A stretch of DNA of 64,000 bases from Felis catus (Eukaryota), in the NCBI RefSeq assembly GCF_018350175.1, contig NC_058382.1, positions 9,858,001-9,922,000 of the forward strand, read 5' to 3'. The notes beneath the pieces are model-generated. The model was not told the origin of the DNA, made no database searches, and saw nothing but the letters and a program-made list of their open reading frames with translations. This document shows positions 25,286 to 38,400 of the stretch, piece after piece. The number at the start of each line of letters is the position of its first letter. The stretch's first letter is position 1. The position numbers and the translations under genes were made by a program.

Positions 25286-25960
25286 GGGAATGCAAGCTGG
25301 TGCAGCCACTCTGGAAAACAGTACGGAGGCTCCTCAAAAAACTAAAAATAGAATGACCCTACGACCCAGCCATTGCACTACTAGGCATTTATCCAAGGGA
25401 TACAGGGGTGCCGTTTCCAAGGGACACACGCACCCCCATGTTTCTAGCAGCGCTATCGACAAGAGCCAAAGTCTGGAAAGAGCCCAGATGTCCATCGATG
25501 GATGAACAGATGAAGATGTGGTCTATATATACAGTGGAGTATTCCTCGGCAATCAAAAAGAATGAAATCTTGCCATTTGCAACTACGTGGATGGAACTGG
25601 AGGGTATCATGCTAAGTGAAATTAGCCAGAGAGAGACAAATACCATGACTTCACTCCTATGAGGACTTTAAGAGACAAAACAGATGAACATAAGGGAAGG
25701 GAAGCAAAAATAATATAAAAACAGGGAGGCGGACCAAACAGAAGAGACTCATAAATCTGGAGAACAAACCGAGGGTTCCGGGAGGGGTTGGGGGAGGGGG
25801 GAGGGGCTAAATGGGGGAGGGGCATTAAGGAACCTACTCCCGAAATCAATGTTGCACTCTATGCTAATTTGGATGTAAATTTTTTTCAATTAAAAATAAA
25901 ATTAAAAAAAATTTTAAAAAGTAAAAAATTAAATTAAATTAAAAATAAAATTAAAAAAAA
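25286..25960 (+). mobile_element. 5'-truncated carnivore LINE-1 (ORF2 C-terminus, 3'UTR, A tail), antisense in the C5AR1 intron
   Basis: Translation TPMFLAALSTRAKVWKEPRCPS...EYSSAIKKNEILPFATTWMELEGIMLSEISQ matches the L1 ORF2 C-terminus; G-rich 3'UTR tract and A-rich tail follow. Confidence 0.92.
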
Positions 25961-28260
25961 TTTTTTTAATGTGGAACACATGCACACACAAAAGAAAGTC
26001 TGATGCAACCGTGCAGATGGGGGGGGCAGAGGGCGCTGGGGCAGGAAGAAAGACGCTCTGATGCACAGCAGAGGGAAAGTCTAGGTTGGTGTGCCTTTTG
26101 GCAATGTCTCTTAAAAGAGAAATTGCCCACGGACTTAGCATCTGCAGTCTGGACACCCAGACTTGGGTCCAAAGATGTAACTTTGGTTTCAAAGACAAAA
26201 CATAGCGGGGGTGTCTGGCTGGCTCAGTCGGTAGGATGTGCGACTCTTGATCACGGGGTCGTGAGTTCAAGCCCCGCGTTGCAATAAAAAAAAAATTCAT
26301 ATATTTTTTAAAAATTATTAACGTGTATTCATTTTTGAGAGACAGAGAGACACAGAGTGTGAGCAGGGGAGGGGCAGAGAGAGAGGGAGACACAGATTCC
26401 GAAGCAGGCTCCAGGCTCCGAGCGGTCAGCACAGAGCCCGATGCGGGGCTCGAACCCACGAACCGTGAGATCATGACCTGAGCCAAAGTCAGACGCTCAA
26501 CCGACCGAGCCACCCAGGCGCCCCTAAATAATTTTTTTTAATAACATTGAATTTAAAAAATAAAGACACGGGCGCCTGGGTGACTCAGTCAGTTAAGCAA
26601 CCGACTCTTGATCTGGGCTCGGGTCATTGTCTCACGGTTCATGAGTTCAAGCCCCACATCGGGCTCTGTGCTGACAGTGTGGAGCCTGCTTGGGATTCTC
26701 TCTCCCTCCCTTTCTCTCTGCTCTTTCCTGCCTCTCTCTCTCTCTCTCCCTCTCTCTCTGAAAATAAATAAATAAACTTAATTAAAAAAAAAAATAAAGA
26801 CAAAACATGGGAAACAACCTAAAGCTCTATTGACAGGGGAGAGACCCTCCCAGGAGACTATCACACAGCTGACAAAAAGAAAGGACGAATCCCCTTGAAA
26901 TATACACGGATGATAACAGTATCTTCCTCCTCGATGTAAATGTAAAGTGCATAGCACGGGGCCTGGCATACAGTAAGCGCTCAATAAATACCGGTTACTA
27001 ATACTCTACGTTACTCTAGGGAAAAAAGCAAGCTGTAGGCCAACGCGCAGAACGTATTTCTGTTTGCAGGGGGAAGGAACGATAGACATGCCACATGCAG
27101 TGAGCGCCTACTGTATACCACGCACGTAAGAGGTTTCCGTGTATCATTTAATTCTCTCAGTGATCCTGTGACGTAGGTTCTAGCTCTGGAGGATCGTCGG
27201 ATTGTTCTCCCCATCTTCAAGGTAAAGAGAAGGAAGCCCAAGAAAGAGGAGTCTCCTCGTCTATTACACAGACGAGACAGAACGTGAAGCTTATTTCAAC
27301 TCGACCCCCATGTCAAACTACCCCCTAGTCTATTCCCTTCACCTCTGTTCTTGAGCACCTGTAGACTGTTTCTGGAAGGACCCAACACAGCGTGACAAGG
27401 AGTCTGAGGCTCTGGGCTGGGCGGGCAGAGTGACTTTTCACTGAATCCGCTTTGGTATTTGGGACTTTTTACGGCAAGAAGAAGTCGAAGCCAAAGGTCG
27501 GTCCACTTCGCAAAGTCCTGTGGGCCCCAGCCAGGTCTCAAAAGTGGGGTGAGGCAATGCCAAGCCCCTCCCTGGTCAGCTAATGTGTCTTCCGTTTCCT
27601 CTTTCACCCAGATGAAGCAAGACCAGAACCTCTAGCAAGGCAGGTACTAAATCACAGCCCTGCCTCTCTGGAGACCCAGCCCTGGGGGCACAGCGGGGTG
27701 GGGGGCAGGGGAGGCGGGAGCCTTCCCAGAGCCTGGAGACCGGCTCCCTTTGACACTCACAGAACCCACGGGACAGCCTGGGTCTGCCACCCACCCATGA
27801 AGGACCCGGGCCATCTCTGCTCCTGCCTGGGCCTCAGTTTCCCCGTCTCTACAATTCAGAACATCTGAAAGTCCGGGTAACTACCTTGCTTCCGAGCTGG
27901 TTCTTTGCAGCCCCCCAGGGTTTGCTCCTGTCCTTCCCGCCGCCAGAAAGACCCCTCCTGGATCTCTCCACTTGAGGAAGATGTCATCTAGCCAGATCCA
28001 ACACTCGGATTTCCTGCCCCAGGGACCTTTCTGACCCCAGCCCTGAGGACCTGGGGATAATCCCTTGATGATCTTACTTTTTAGCTGTTTCCCAGCCCTG
28101 GAGAGTCTTGAGATGCGAGTCAGGGGAGAAGGGAGGAGACGGAGAACAGAGAGAGGGAGAGGCAGCGAGAAGGGGAGAGGTGGGGAGAGAGAGACCCAGC
28201 AAGGAGACAGAGAAGGGAGATGGTCCCTGAACCCCATGATCCTGCTGGGGGGGGACTCAC

Positions 28261-28263
28261 CAT
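28261..28263 (-). CDS. C5AR1: C5AR1 exon 1 coding part (initiator ATG only)
   Basis: Minus strand GGGGAGCCCGGGAGACTTGAATATG|gtgagt has a perfect donor directly after the ATG, matching the known ATG-only first exon. Intron 21050-28260 (7211 bp). Confidence 0.9.
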
Positions 28264-28520
28264 ATTCAAGTCTCCCGGGCTCCCCGCTGATCGAAGGTGC
28301 GTCCTGCCCACAGACTGTGGTTTTTAAGCCCCAAGGGAGGGTGCAAAGGGCAGAAAGGAAATGACCAGTCTTTCCCCTCTGGGGTTCTCATTGGTCCGCG
28401 CACTGGGCACCCCAACTGGGGCAGCTTCCGTGGGGCATTACACAGAGAGCTCTGAACACCTCCTTCCAGCCAGAGTAGGGAGGCTGGGCTCACAAACCTG
28501 AGGAAATTCCTGCCCTGATG
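28264..28520 (-). promoter_or_regulatory. C5AR1: C5AR1 5'UTR and proximal promoter
   Basis: TATA-like CTTAAAAA at 28321-28328, CCAAT box at 28390-28394, NF-kB-like GGAAATTCC at 28502-28510, all upstream of the ATG exon. Confidence 0.7.
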
Positions 28521-30463
28521 AGGGTGGAACCCAGAGAGAAGAGACCCCCCCCCCCCCCCCCCCACCGCCCAGATCTAGGCTCCGCCCCTCTCTTGGCCTT
28601 GGTTTCCCCATGTGGGACCCTCTAGGGCCCCGGGGAAGGTGCAGAAAAGCTCAGAGATCCAACTGGATCGAATCCCCCTGGGATCCTGGGGAGCAGGGAT
28701 CCTGAGTGAGCCCCAGCCTCCCAGCCAGGTTGCTTTGAGGCCCAGAGAGGTCCGTGGAGGTGGCCCGGCTGTTAAATCCTCCTGCCTGGCCTTTTGAAGT
28801 TGGCACCCCCTGAGCACAGCCATCGTTTCCGGCCCCTTTCTGGGTTCTCCCGGAGACACGTGGAAGCCTGGGGTGAGGAAGGACCCTACGTTGGTCTCTT
28901 GTGGCTGCTGTAACAAAATGCCGCAAACTGAGCGGCTTAGAACCACAGAAATGGGGGCACCTGGCTGGCTCGGCGGGGAGAGCCCATGAGTTTTGATCTC
29001 AGGGTTGTGAATTCGAGCCCCACGTTAGACAGTGTTTACTTAGAAAAGAAAGGAGGGGCGCCTGGGTGGCTCAGTCGGTTAAGCAGCCGGGACTTCAGCT
29101 CAGGTCATGATCTCTCAGAACCGTATGTTCGAGCCCCGCGTGGGGCTCTGTGCTGACCGCTCATAGCCTGGAGCCTGCTTCTGGTTCTGTCTCCCTCTGT
29201 CTCTGTCCCTCCCCCACTCGCACTCTCTCTCTCTCTCTCTCTCTCAAAATTAAAGACACGTTAAAAAGAAATGCACCACCCCTACCAAAAGACAAATCGG
29301 AAAAAGAAGGTTTTTTTGACCCATCTCCACTGCCATGCTGCGGAAGCCCCTACAGAGTTCGGAGTGCGTTCCCCCAGGCTGTTACAAGTGTGGTATTTGT
29401 GTTTGGGGACCCACACGAGGGTGCACGATGTCGGGTTTCAGTGCCGCTACACGAAGCCACGGGTGTGGTCCAGGGGCGCTCAGCAAGGACTTGGACGGTC
29501 GCTTTCTGAAGATTTGGCGCTGGTAGGGAGGAGGTGCTGTCATACTGACCCTGACCTCAAGGGGGCGCTTGAGCTGGGAGAGACTCAGAAAGCCAGGCCA
29601 CGCCCCCTAATTTCTTTCTTTTTTTTTTTTTTTTAGAATTTTGGACCAAAGCTGCGTATTGCCTTAAAGCACGGGTTCTTAACGTTTTCTCGTCTTTTTC
29701 TTTTTTTTTTTTTTTATGTTTGCTTATTTTTGAGAGCCAGAGGGAGCGGGGGAGGGGCAGAGAGCAAGAGAGTCCCAAGCAGGCTCTGCACAGTCAGCAC
29801 AGAGCCTGAGGCGGGGCTGGACCCCAGGAACCAACCAGGGAGATCAGGTCAGAGCGGAAGTCGGTTGCTCAACGGATGGACCACCCAGGCGCACCCGTGG
29901 GTTCTGTGCCCTAGACCCTTGGTGAAGTTATGAACTTCTCAGAATTTTTTTTTTTTTTTTTTTTTTTTTTTTGCAACTGCTGATTTTGATGTAATTTCCG
30001 ACTTAAGTGGAAGTGGCAAGGGGAATACAAGTAACTCCCGTGTGGCTTTCGCCCAGATTCACGCACCGTTGCATTTGCCCCCTGTGCTGGGCTTTCTTTA
30101 ATATGCGCCCACTATATGCCTGGGGTGGGGGGGTGGGGGGGGGGACGCGGCAGGTAATCAATCAGGGTTCTCTAGAAAAACAGGACCAATAGGACAAAGA
30201 GGGGGCGTCTGGCTGGCTCAGTCACTAGAGCATATGACTCTTGACCTCGGGGTTGTAAGCTTGAGCCCATGTTGGGTGTACACATGGCTTAAAAAAAAAA
30301 CAAAACAGAATAAAATCTTCCAAAAGAATAGGATAGGAGCGCCTGGGGGGGCTCCGTGGGTGAAGCGTCTGACTCTTGATTTTGACTCAGGTGGCGATCC
30401 CACCGGTTCACGAGTTCGAGCCCCGCATCCGGCTCCGCGCGGACAGTGAGGAGCCTGCTTGGG

Positions 30464-30494
<31 letters not shown>

Positions 30495-31048
30495 GCCCCT
30501 CCCCCACTCTCTCTCTCGGAATAAATTTTTAAAAACAGGATAAAGAAACAGGGGGGAGGGGAGGGAGAGAGAGAGTGAGGCAAGGAAGGAGGAAGAGAGG
30601 GATATTTGTCTTAAGAAATTGGTTCCTGGAGGGGCGCCTGGGTGGCTCAGTGGGTTGAGCATCTGACTTCCGTTCAGGTCACGAGCTCGCGGTTTGTGGG
30701 TTTGAGCCCCACATCAGGCTCTGGGCTGACAGCTCAGAGCCTGGAGCCTGCTTCGGATGCTGTGTCTCGTTCTCTCTCTGCCCCTCCCCCACTTGTGTTC
30801 TGTCTGTCTCTCTGTGTCTCTCAAAAATAAATAAAAATGTAAAAAAATAAAATAGAATAAAAAAGAAATTGGTTCCTGGAATTGTGGGAGCTGGCAAGCC
30901 ATGGGAACCTGATACAAAGGTTCTGCGTGTGTGTGTGGATATAGATATATATAGATATATATCTTCGCCCTTTTCTCTGAATCACTAGAGAGTGAGCTAG
31001 AAACCCCATGCCTCTTTACCACAGAGCGAATAGGAAATATAGTACTGA

Positions 31049-31299
31049 GGGGCACCTGGGTGGCGCAGTCGGTTAAGCGTCCGACTTCAGCCAGGTCACG
31101 ATCTCGCGGTCCGTGAGTTCGAGCCCCGCGTCAGGCTCTGGGCTGATGGCCCCGCGTCGGGCTCTGGGCTGATGGCTCAGAGCCTGGAGCCTGTTTCCGA
31201 TTCTGTTTCTCCCTCTCTCTCTGCCCCTCCCCCGTTCATGCTCTGTCTCTCTCTGTCCCAAAAATAAATAAACGTTGAAAAAAAAATTAAAAAAAAAAA
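31049..31299 (+). mobile_element. Young SINEC_Fc with an internal 26-bp tandem duplication
   Basis: TSD aggaaatatagtactga (31032-31048 and 31300-31316); duplicated unit at 31123-31148 and 31149-31174. Confidence 0.93.
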
Positions 31300-32779
31300 A
31301 GGAAATATAGTACTGATATAATCTGCAGTTCATGTTCAAATGTCATCAACTGTTCCAATAAGGTGCTTTTGTCACAATTTTTTCTTTTATTTATTTTGAG
31401 ACAGAGAAAGTGAGCAGGAGAGGGGCAGAGAGAGAGGGAGAGAGAAAATCCCAAGCAGGCCGAGCGCGGGGCTTGATCCCATGACTGTGAGATCATCACT
31501 TTAGCTTTCTGAATAATGTTTTTGTGAATACATTTGAAAGCACCTATTTCCCCCCCTTTCAACAGCTTAATAAATCCATTCTTGGCTTGAAATCTGTTTA
31601 CTTAATCATTTGCCTATTGGGATTAGGTGGTTTCTGACGCTTTTGTTCAGACCACAGTGAGCACCCTCAGACATAATAATAAAAAAAAAAACAAAAACAA
31701 AAAACCACAACCTAATAGAAAAATGGGCCGGGGTGCCTGGGTGGCTCAGTCAGTTAAGGGTCGGACTTCAGCTCAGGTCACGATCTCACGGTTTGTGGGT
31801 TCGAGCCCCGCGTCGGGCTCTGTGCTGATGGCTCAGAGCCTGGAGCCTGCTTGGGATTCTGTGTCTCCCTCTCTCTCTGCCCCTCCCCTGCCTGCTCTCT
31901 GTCTCTCAAAAATAAAGAAATGTTAAAAAAAAATTCGGTTTTGTTAATTAAAAAATAAAATCTTTAAAACAATTTTTAAATCCCATGTTACTTTGAATCC
32001 GTATTTCCTACTACCCATCTGAAGCTGGCCGGGCCGAGCATGGGGCTGCAGCCACCACACCACGGACAACAGCCACTGGTGGCCAGCCACCACCCTGCTA
32101 GCTGTCACAGGAAGCCCAGAGCCAGACAGATGCTGGCCTTGTGTACTGGGGCTCCTCAGCGGTGGCCAAGGGATCTTCTGAGGCAGGATGTGGTGGGCCC
32201 AGCCCCAGCAGTGGTTGGGCCCACACAACCTTCTAACCCTGGTCAGACGGACTTCGGGAACTTCCAGCCCCGGCTGAACCTGGAAACCAGATGGTGACAG
32301 GAAGTACCAAGGGGAAGCTGGGAGAAAGAAGCCGGAGGACACATCAGGCAGAGGGCCTCTTCTCGGTGGAAAACACCAGCAAGAACAACAACAGGGGCGC
32401 CTAGGGGGGCTCAGTCAGTTTCGCATCCGACTTCGGCTCAGGTTATGATCTCGCGGTTCGCGAGTTCGAGCCCCGCGTGGGGCTCTGTGCTGACGGCTCA
32501 GAGCCTGGAGCCTGCTTCGGATTCTGCGTCTCCTTCTCTCTCTGCCCCTCCCCCACTCACACTCACGCTCTCGCTCTCTCTCAAAAATCAATAAGCATTA
32601 GAAAATATTTTTTAATAAATAAAAATGCACGGATACAAAGCGAATGGGTATCTCTGATCCTAAAATGCCGGTTTTAAGATCTTTTTTAATTGTTTATTAA
32701 TTTATTTTGAACCCAATCGGACAAAACCCATTTTTGGGGGCGTGCCGTCCTGCGAGCGTTGACAAAAACACCGAGTGGG

Positions 32780-33004
32780 GGGGCGCCTGGGTGGCGCAGT
32801 CGGTTAAGCGTCCGACTTCAGCCAGGTCACGATCTCGCGGTCCGTGAGTTCAAGCCCCGCGTCAGGCTCTGGGCTGATGGCTCAGAGCCTGGAACCTGTT
32901 TCCGATTCTGTGTCTCCCTCTCTCTCTGCCCCTCCCCCGTTCATGCTCTGTCTCTCTCTGTCCCAAAAATAAATAAACATTGAAAAAAAAAATTAAAAAA
33001 AAAA
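32780..33004 (+). mobile_element. Young SINEC_Fc
   Basis: Full length with imperfect TSD aaaacac(c)gagtggg. Confidence 0.9.
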
Positions 33005-34930
33005 CACGAGTGGGGTAACCACCACCGCAAATGAGACCCAGAACAGTCTCGTCCCCCGCCCCCCACCCCAGAAAATTCCCTCAGGGGCCTCTTTGCAGCC
33101 AGCCCCTCCCCCACCCGTAACCCCTGGCAACCGCAGCGCTAGTCTCCCACCAGATTGGCCTTTTCCAGAATGTCCTATAAACGGAATCATACCATACGCA
33201 GCTTTCTGAATCTGACTTCTCCCCCTCAGCCTCATACGTTTACAACTCATCCCTGTCGCTGTGTGGGTCGCAGAAGTCCCCTTTAATTGCTGAGTGGCAC
33301 TCCATCCTCCCACGACTGTTGATCTCAGGGTGGTGAGTTCGAGCCCCGCGTGGGGCGGAGAGACTCCGGACAAATAAAATCTTTAAAAGGTTTCACTGCT
33401 GCAGGGCGTCCGGGGAGCTAGGAGCCGGACTGCTGGGTGATGTGGTTAATGTGTGTTTTGATTTGATTTGATTTTTAATTTTTTTAACGTTTATTTATTA
33501 TTGAGAGACAGAGAGACACACAGCATGAGCAGGGGAGGGGTAGACAGAGGGGGGGGGGACACAGAATCCGAAGCAGGCCCCAGGCTCTGAGCTGTCGGCA
33601 CAGAGCCCGATGTGGGGCTCGAACCCACAAACCGTGAGATCATGACCTGAGCCGAACTGGGTTGCCCAACCAACTGAGCCACCCAGGCGCCCCTGTGTGT
33701 TTCAATTTTATAAGAAACCCGCTGTATTCATTTTCTGTTGCCACGAACGACCGCCAACTGGGTGGCTTAAAGTGACAGCAGTTTATTGTCTCCCGGGCAT
33801 GGAGGTCAGAAGCTTGAAATCAGGGTGAGGGCAGGGCAGGGCCTCGCCTCCCGTAGGGGCAGGAGAGGATTCACCCCTGCCTCCTGTAGCTTCTGGCGGC
33901 TCCAGATACTCCTGGCTCTTGTGGCCCCGTCCAGCCTCGGCCTCTGTCTTCACCTGGCCTCTCCTCTGTTCTGTCTTTTGTCTCCCTGTCTTTTTTTAAT
34001 GTTTATTTATTTATTTTGAGAGAGAGCGAGAGAGGGTGTGCGCAGGGGAGGGGCAGAGAGAGAGAACCTCGGGCAGGCTCCCGGCCCAGAGCCCAGAGCC
34101 CAATGCGGGGCTTGGGCCCAGAGCCCAGAGCCCAACGCGGGGCTCGAACCCACCAGCGAGATCATGACCTGAGCCGAAGTCGGACGCTCAACCGACTGAG
34201 CCACCCAGGCGCCCCATTTTCCATCTTTACCACCAATTTTAACCCCCTTACTCCCCAAAGTACGCCAAGTGCTGGACTCAAGCCTCATGGGGGAAAACTG
34301 GTCAAGTTTCCTGTTCTGCCCTCACTCCGCCCTGTGGAGGTGTTTTAAGCCTTGCCCTTTGTCGGGTCTGTGTTTGGTCACGGGTGCACGCGCTTTGTCT
34401 TAAGTTTATTTATTTTTTTAAATTTTTTTTTAACGTTTATTTATTTTTGAGGCAGAGAGAGACAGAGCATGAATGGGGGAGGGGCAGAGAGAGAGGGAGA
34501 CACAGAATCGGAAGCAGGCTCCAGGCTCCGAGCCATCAGCCCAGAGCCCGACCTGGGGCTCGAACCCACGGACCGCGAGATCGTGACCTGAGCCGAAGTC
34601 GGACGCTTCACCGACTGAGCCACCCAGGCGCCCCAAGTTTATTTATTTTTAAGTAACCTCTCCACTCGACATGAGACTCGATCTCACAACCCTGAGATCG
34701 AGAATCGCCCGCTCCTCCAACCCAGCCAGCCAGGTGCCCCTTGTGGGAAGGTGGGGGGTGGGGGGGGCACACATTTGCAAACAGCTGAAAATCTGATATG
34801 AAGGCGGAGCTATTTTCCCGGCAATAAACCACTGATATTATTCTCTAATTGTAAACTGTTTCACATGCACCTCCCCCCCCCCCACACACCCACAAAAAAA
34901 GACCAAGTCTGAAGAATGGGGAAAAAAATA

Positions 34931-35372
34931 GGGGCGCCTGGGTGGCTTAGTCGGTTAAGCATCCGACTTCAGCTCCGGTCATGATCTCCCGGTTCATGGG
35001 TTCGAGCTCCGCATCAGGCTCCGTGCTGACACCTCGGAGCCTGGAGCCGGCTTCGGATTCTCTGTCTCCCTCTCTCTCTGTCCCCCTCCCACTTGTTCTT
35101 TATCTCTCTCTCTCTCTCAAAAAAAATAAACATTTAAAAATTTTTAAAAAAGGGGCGCCTGGGTGGCGCAGTCGGTTAAGCGTCCGACTTCAGCCAGGTC
35201 ACGATCTCGCGGTCCGTGAGTTCGAGCCCCGCGTCGGGCTCTGGGCTGATGGCTCAGAGCCTGGAGCCTGTTTCCGATTCTGTGTCTCCCTCTCTCTCTG
35301 CCCCTCCCCCGTTCATGCTCTGTCTCTCTCTGTCCCAAAAATAAATAAACGTTGAAAAAAATTAAAAAAAAA
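34931..35372 (+). mobile_element. Tandem SINE pair; a young SINEC_Fc (35152) at the A tail of an older copy (34931)
   Basis: Two consecutive heads; followed by a (TA)n microsatellite at about 35387-35420. Confidence 0.9.
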
Positions 35373-35384
35373 TTTTTTTTAATG

Positions 35385-35424
<40 letters not shown>

Positions 35425-38400
35425 GAAAATGAAAATGGGACAAGATCTGGAGACGATCGCAATTTTGCTTGAGTTTGCCCCAAAGCGGTGATTTGACAGG
35501 TAGTTTACGCGGGGGGTGATCACGGGCAGCAGGAGTGAGGAAGTACAGACCAGAGACCGGAGAAGGGAGAAAGGCCATTAAAGGGTGTGTTAACGCCCAC
35601 CGGTTGGGGGCAACCGGGGCTTGATCCTGCTGGGGACCCTGCTGGGGACCCTGCGAGGAACCAGGCAGAACAGACCTCGGTATCTTCCCACGGAAGGGGG
35701 GACGGGGTGGGCATTGATGTCATCACCCGCTGCCCCCTTTGAGGCGGGGTCGCCCCAACCCCTCCCACTTCGGGGGCTGCACCTGGGGTCCAAATAAGTC
35801 CAGCGATGCCAGAAAAAGCCACAAGGAGACACCTCAGTGCCGAGCTGAGAGGCTGACCAGGTGCCGGAAACTGTCAGTCCCTGCGGGTGAACCCAGGCGG
35901 GGAGAGGCACCTGCGCTGTCTCCTCCCCCCCCCCCCCCCCCCCGCCCCTTGGCAATTTCTTTTTTAACCAGGAAATTGTCTCTGCTCTGGCCAGACGCTG
36001 TAATTCACTTTCTGTCCGCGGTTTTTTTGTGTGGGTTTGTTTTTTTTTGGGGGGGGGGGGTTTCTGACGAACAGCAATCAGTTTCTCTGCCTCACCTCTA
36101 AATCAATGCTCAAAGAAAACTAGTGTAAAGCCGTCAAGTTTCAAGAGCCCTGAATGGTTACCTTTTCTGAAGCGCAAAATTGTCGGCATCCCCAGGAGGC
36201 TCCAACCTGTCGGTCAGGCTTGGAAGAAACTCTACCCAATGAAGTGGAGCTAATAAGGCATGTAAAACAAGCATCCTAAATATCCGTGGAGAACCAAGAG
36301 AGGATATTGAAAATGTGAAGCAAGAAGAGGAAGTTATGAAGTAGAACCTAACCGGAGACAAGGGACATGAACGATATAATTACTGACATAAAGAACTTAA
36401 TAGGTGAGTCGAATGGCCGAATGGATACAGCTAAAGAATGAGTGAGCGAGCTGAAAATAAAGTCCCCAAAGGCCTCCATGTGGGACAGAGAGAGAGAAAC
36501 CCTAAGGGAAAAATTAAGGTCTATGGATATAAGTAACAGTTCGAGGGGCACCTGGCCGGCTCAGTCGGTTGAGCATCTGACTTTGGCTCGGGTCATGAGC
36601 TCATGGTTCGTGGGTTCAAGCCCCGCGTCGGGCTCTGGGCTGACCGCTCGGAGCCCGGAGGCTGCTTCGGATTCTGGGTCTCCCTCTTTCTCTGCCCCTC
36701 CCCCACTCCTGCTCTGTCTCTCTCTCTCTCTCTCTCAAAAATAAACATTAAAACCAAATAAAAAATAATAATAAAAATTTTTTTGAAGAATTCAGAACTC
36801 ATGGAGGTCTTTGCCGTCAGATAAACCTTTGTATGTGACTGGCCATGTTTCTGACCTCCCTTCCCCCATCCCATCCACTTCTATAAAACGAGGGAAAGAA
36901 TGTTTAGTGCGCAGGGTTATTGTCAAAATATCATGACCGAATGGGAAACGCCTTAGTAGAATAAAGCTTTTTATTATTCTTATTTTTTTAAGAGAGAGAG
37001 TGTGTGAGCGGGGGAGAAGGGCAGAGGGAGACAAAGAAAATCTTAAATTTTTTTTTTTTTATGTTTTATTTTATATTTGAGAGACAGCGAGCAGGGGAGG
37101 GGCAGAGAGATAGAGACAGAACCCGAAGCAGGCTCCAGGCTCCGAGCGGTGAGCAGAGAGCCCGACGCGGGGCTCGAACCTCACGAGCAACAGCTCCGTG
37201 ACCTGAGCCAAAGTCGGACGCTCAACCGACTGAGCCGCCCAGGGGCCCCCATAATAAAGCTTTTGAAATGACTATAATGCTTGTGGCAACTGAGTGAAGC
37301 TAAGGATGCCAAACTGAAGACACCTAGTTAGTCTCCTGTTAAATCCAGTACGTGTACCACTGAGTTCCTATGTGCTATTTTTCACGACTTTATTAAAGTA
37401 TAATCGATGTGCCACACACAGCACGTATCGAGAACGAGGTAGGAAGGTGACACCCCCGCCACAAGCAAGTTAACAAACACTTCCATAGTGCCCAGAAGGT
37501 TCTTTGCGGTTCTTTGTAATCTAGCCCTCCCTCTACCCTCTGCCCTCAGGAAACCACTGATCTGCCTTCTGTCGTAACAGATCGGTTTGAATTTCCTAGA
37601 ATTTCGCATAAGTGGAAGGGTAAGGTAGGAGGTGATTTCTTTCGCCCGGTGTCTTTCACGTGGTGTAATGTTCCGTATCCAATTCCTTTTTCTTGCAAAG
37701 CTGTATTCCACTGTTCGGTGGGAGAGGCAGAAACATGCCCCCGGGGTCTCCATGCCCCTGTAACTGACCCCCTCCAACAAAAACCCTGGACACCAAGGCT
37801 CAGGGGAGCCTCCCTGGTTGGCAAAGGCTCCAGGTGGGCGGCCGCGTGACCTCGCTAGGAAAAGCGAGCGCTGTCCAGACGACTCCGTGGGGACAGACAA
37901 CCGGAAGCTCACGCCTGGTCTCTCCTGGAGGCCGCGTGCCCACCTTTCCCCTCGGCTGACGTTAATCTCTCTCCTTTCGCTCCGATAAATCACAAGTGTG
38001 ATTCTAACAGCTCATCTGGGTTCCGTGAGCCCTTCTGGTGAGTCGCCAAACATGAAAGTCGTCTTGGGGACGTGCAACAGACGCACCTGTCTGGGTGCTT
38101 CTCAGCAACCGCGCCTCTCGGAATTTTCCAGAGTGTCCATTGGTTTCCATCTTTAGCTTTCTTTCCACTTCCCAAACCCAGATACCACCCGCCTCCAGCT
38201 GTCCATTTGATGACCACACTCCACGCTTCCCAGTTCTTAGTTTGCCTCTCCCCCTATCTAATTGCACACCACCTTCCTGTCCCTTTCTCAGAAACGTTGT
38301 CCCCTCTTGGGGCGCCTGGGTGGCTCACTGGGTTGAGCACCCGACTCTTGATTTTGACTCAGGTCATGATCCCGGGGTTGTGGGATCGAGCCCCACGGCA

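Noticed and set aside
25038-25960. Possible SINE-L1 chimeric retrotranscript
   Set aside because: The SINE appears inserted in the tail of an older SINE with its own short TSD; no TSD spans both SINE and L1.
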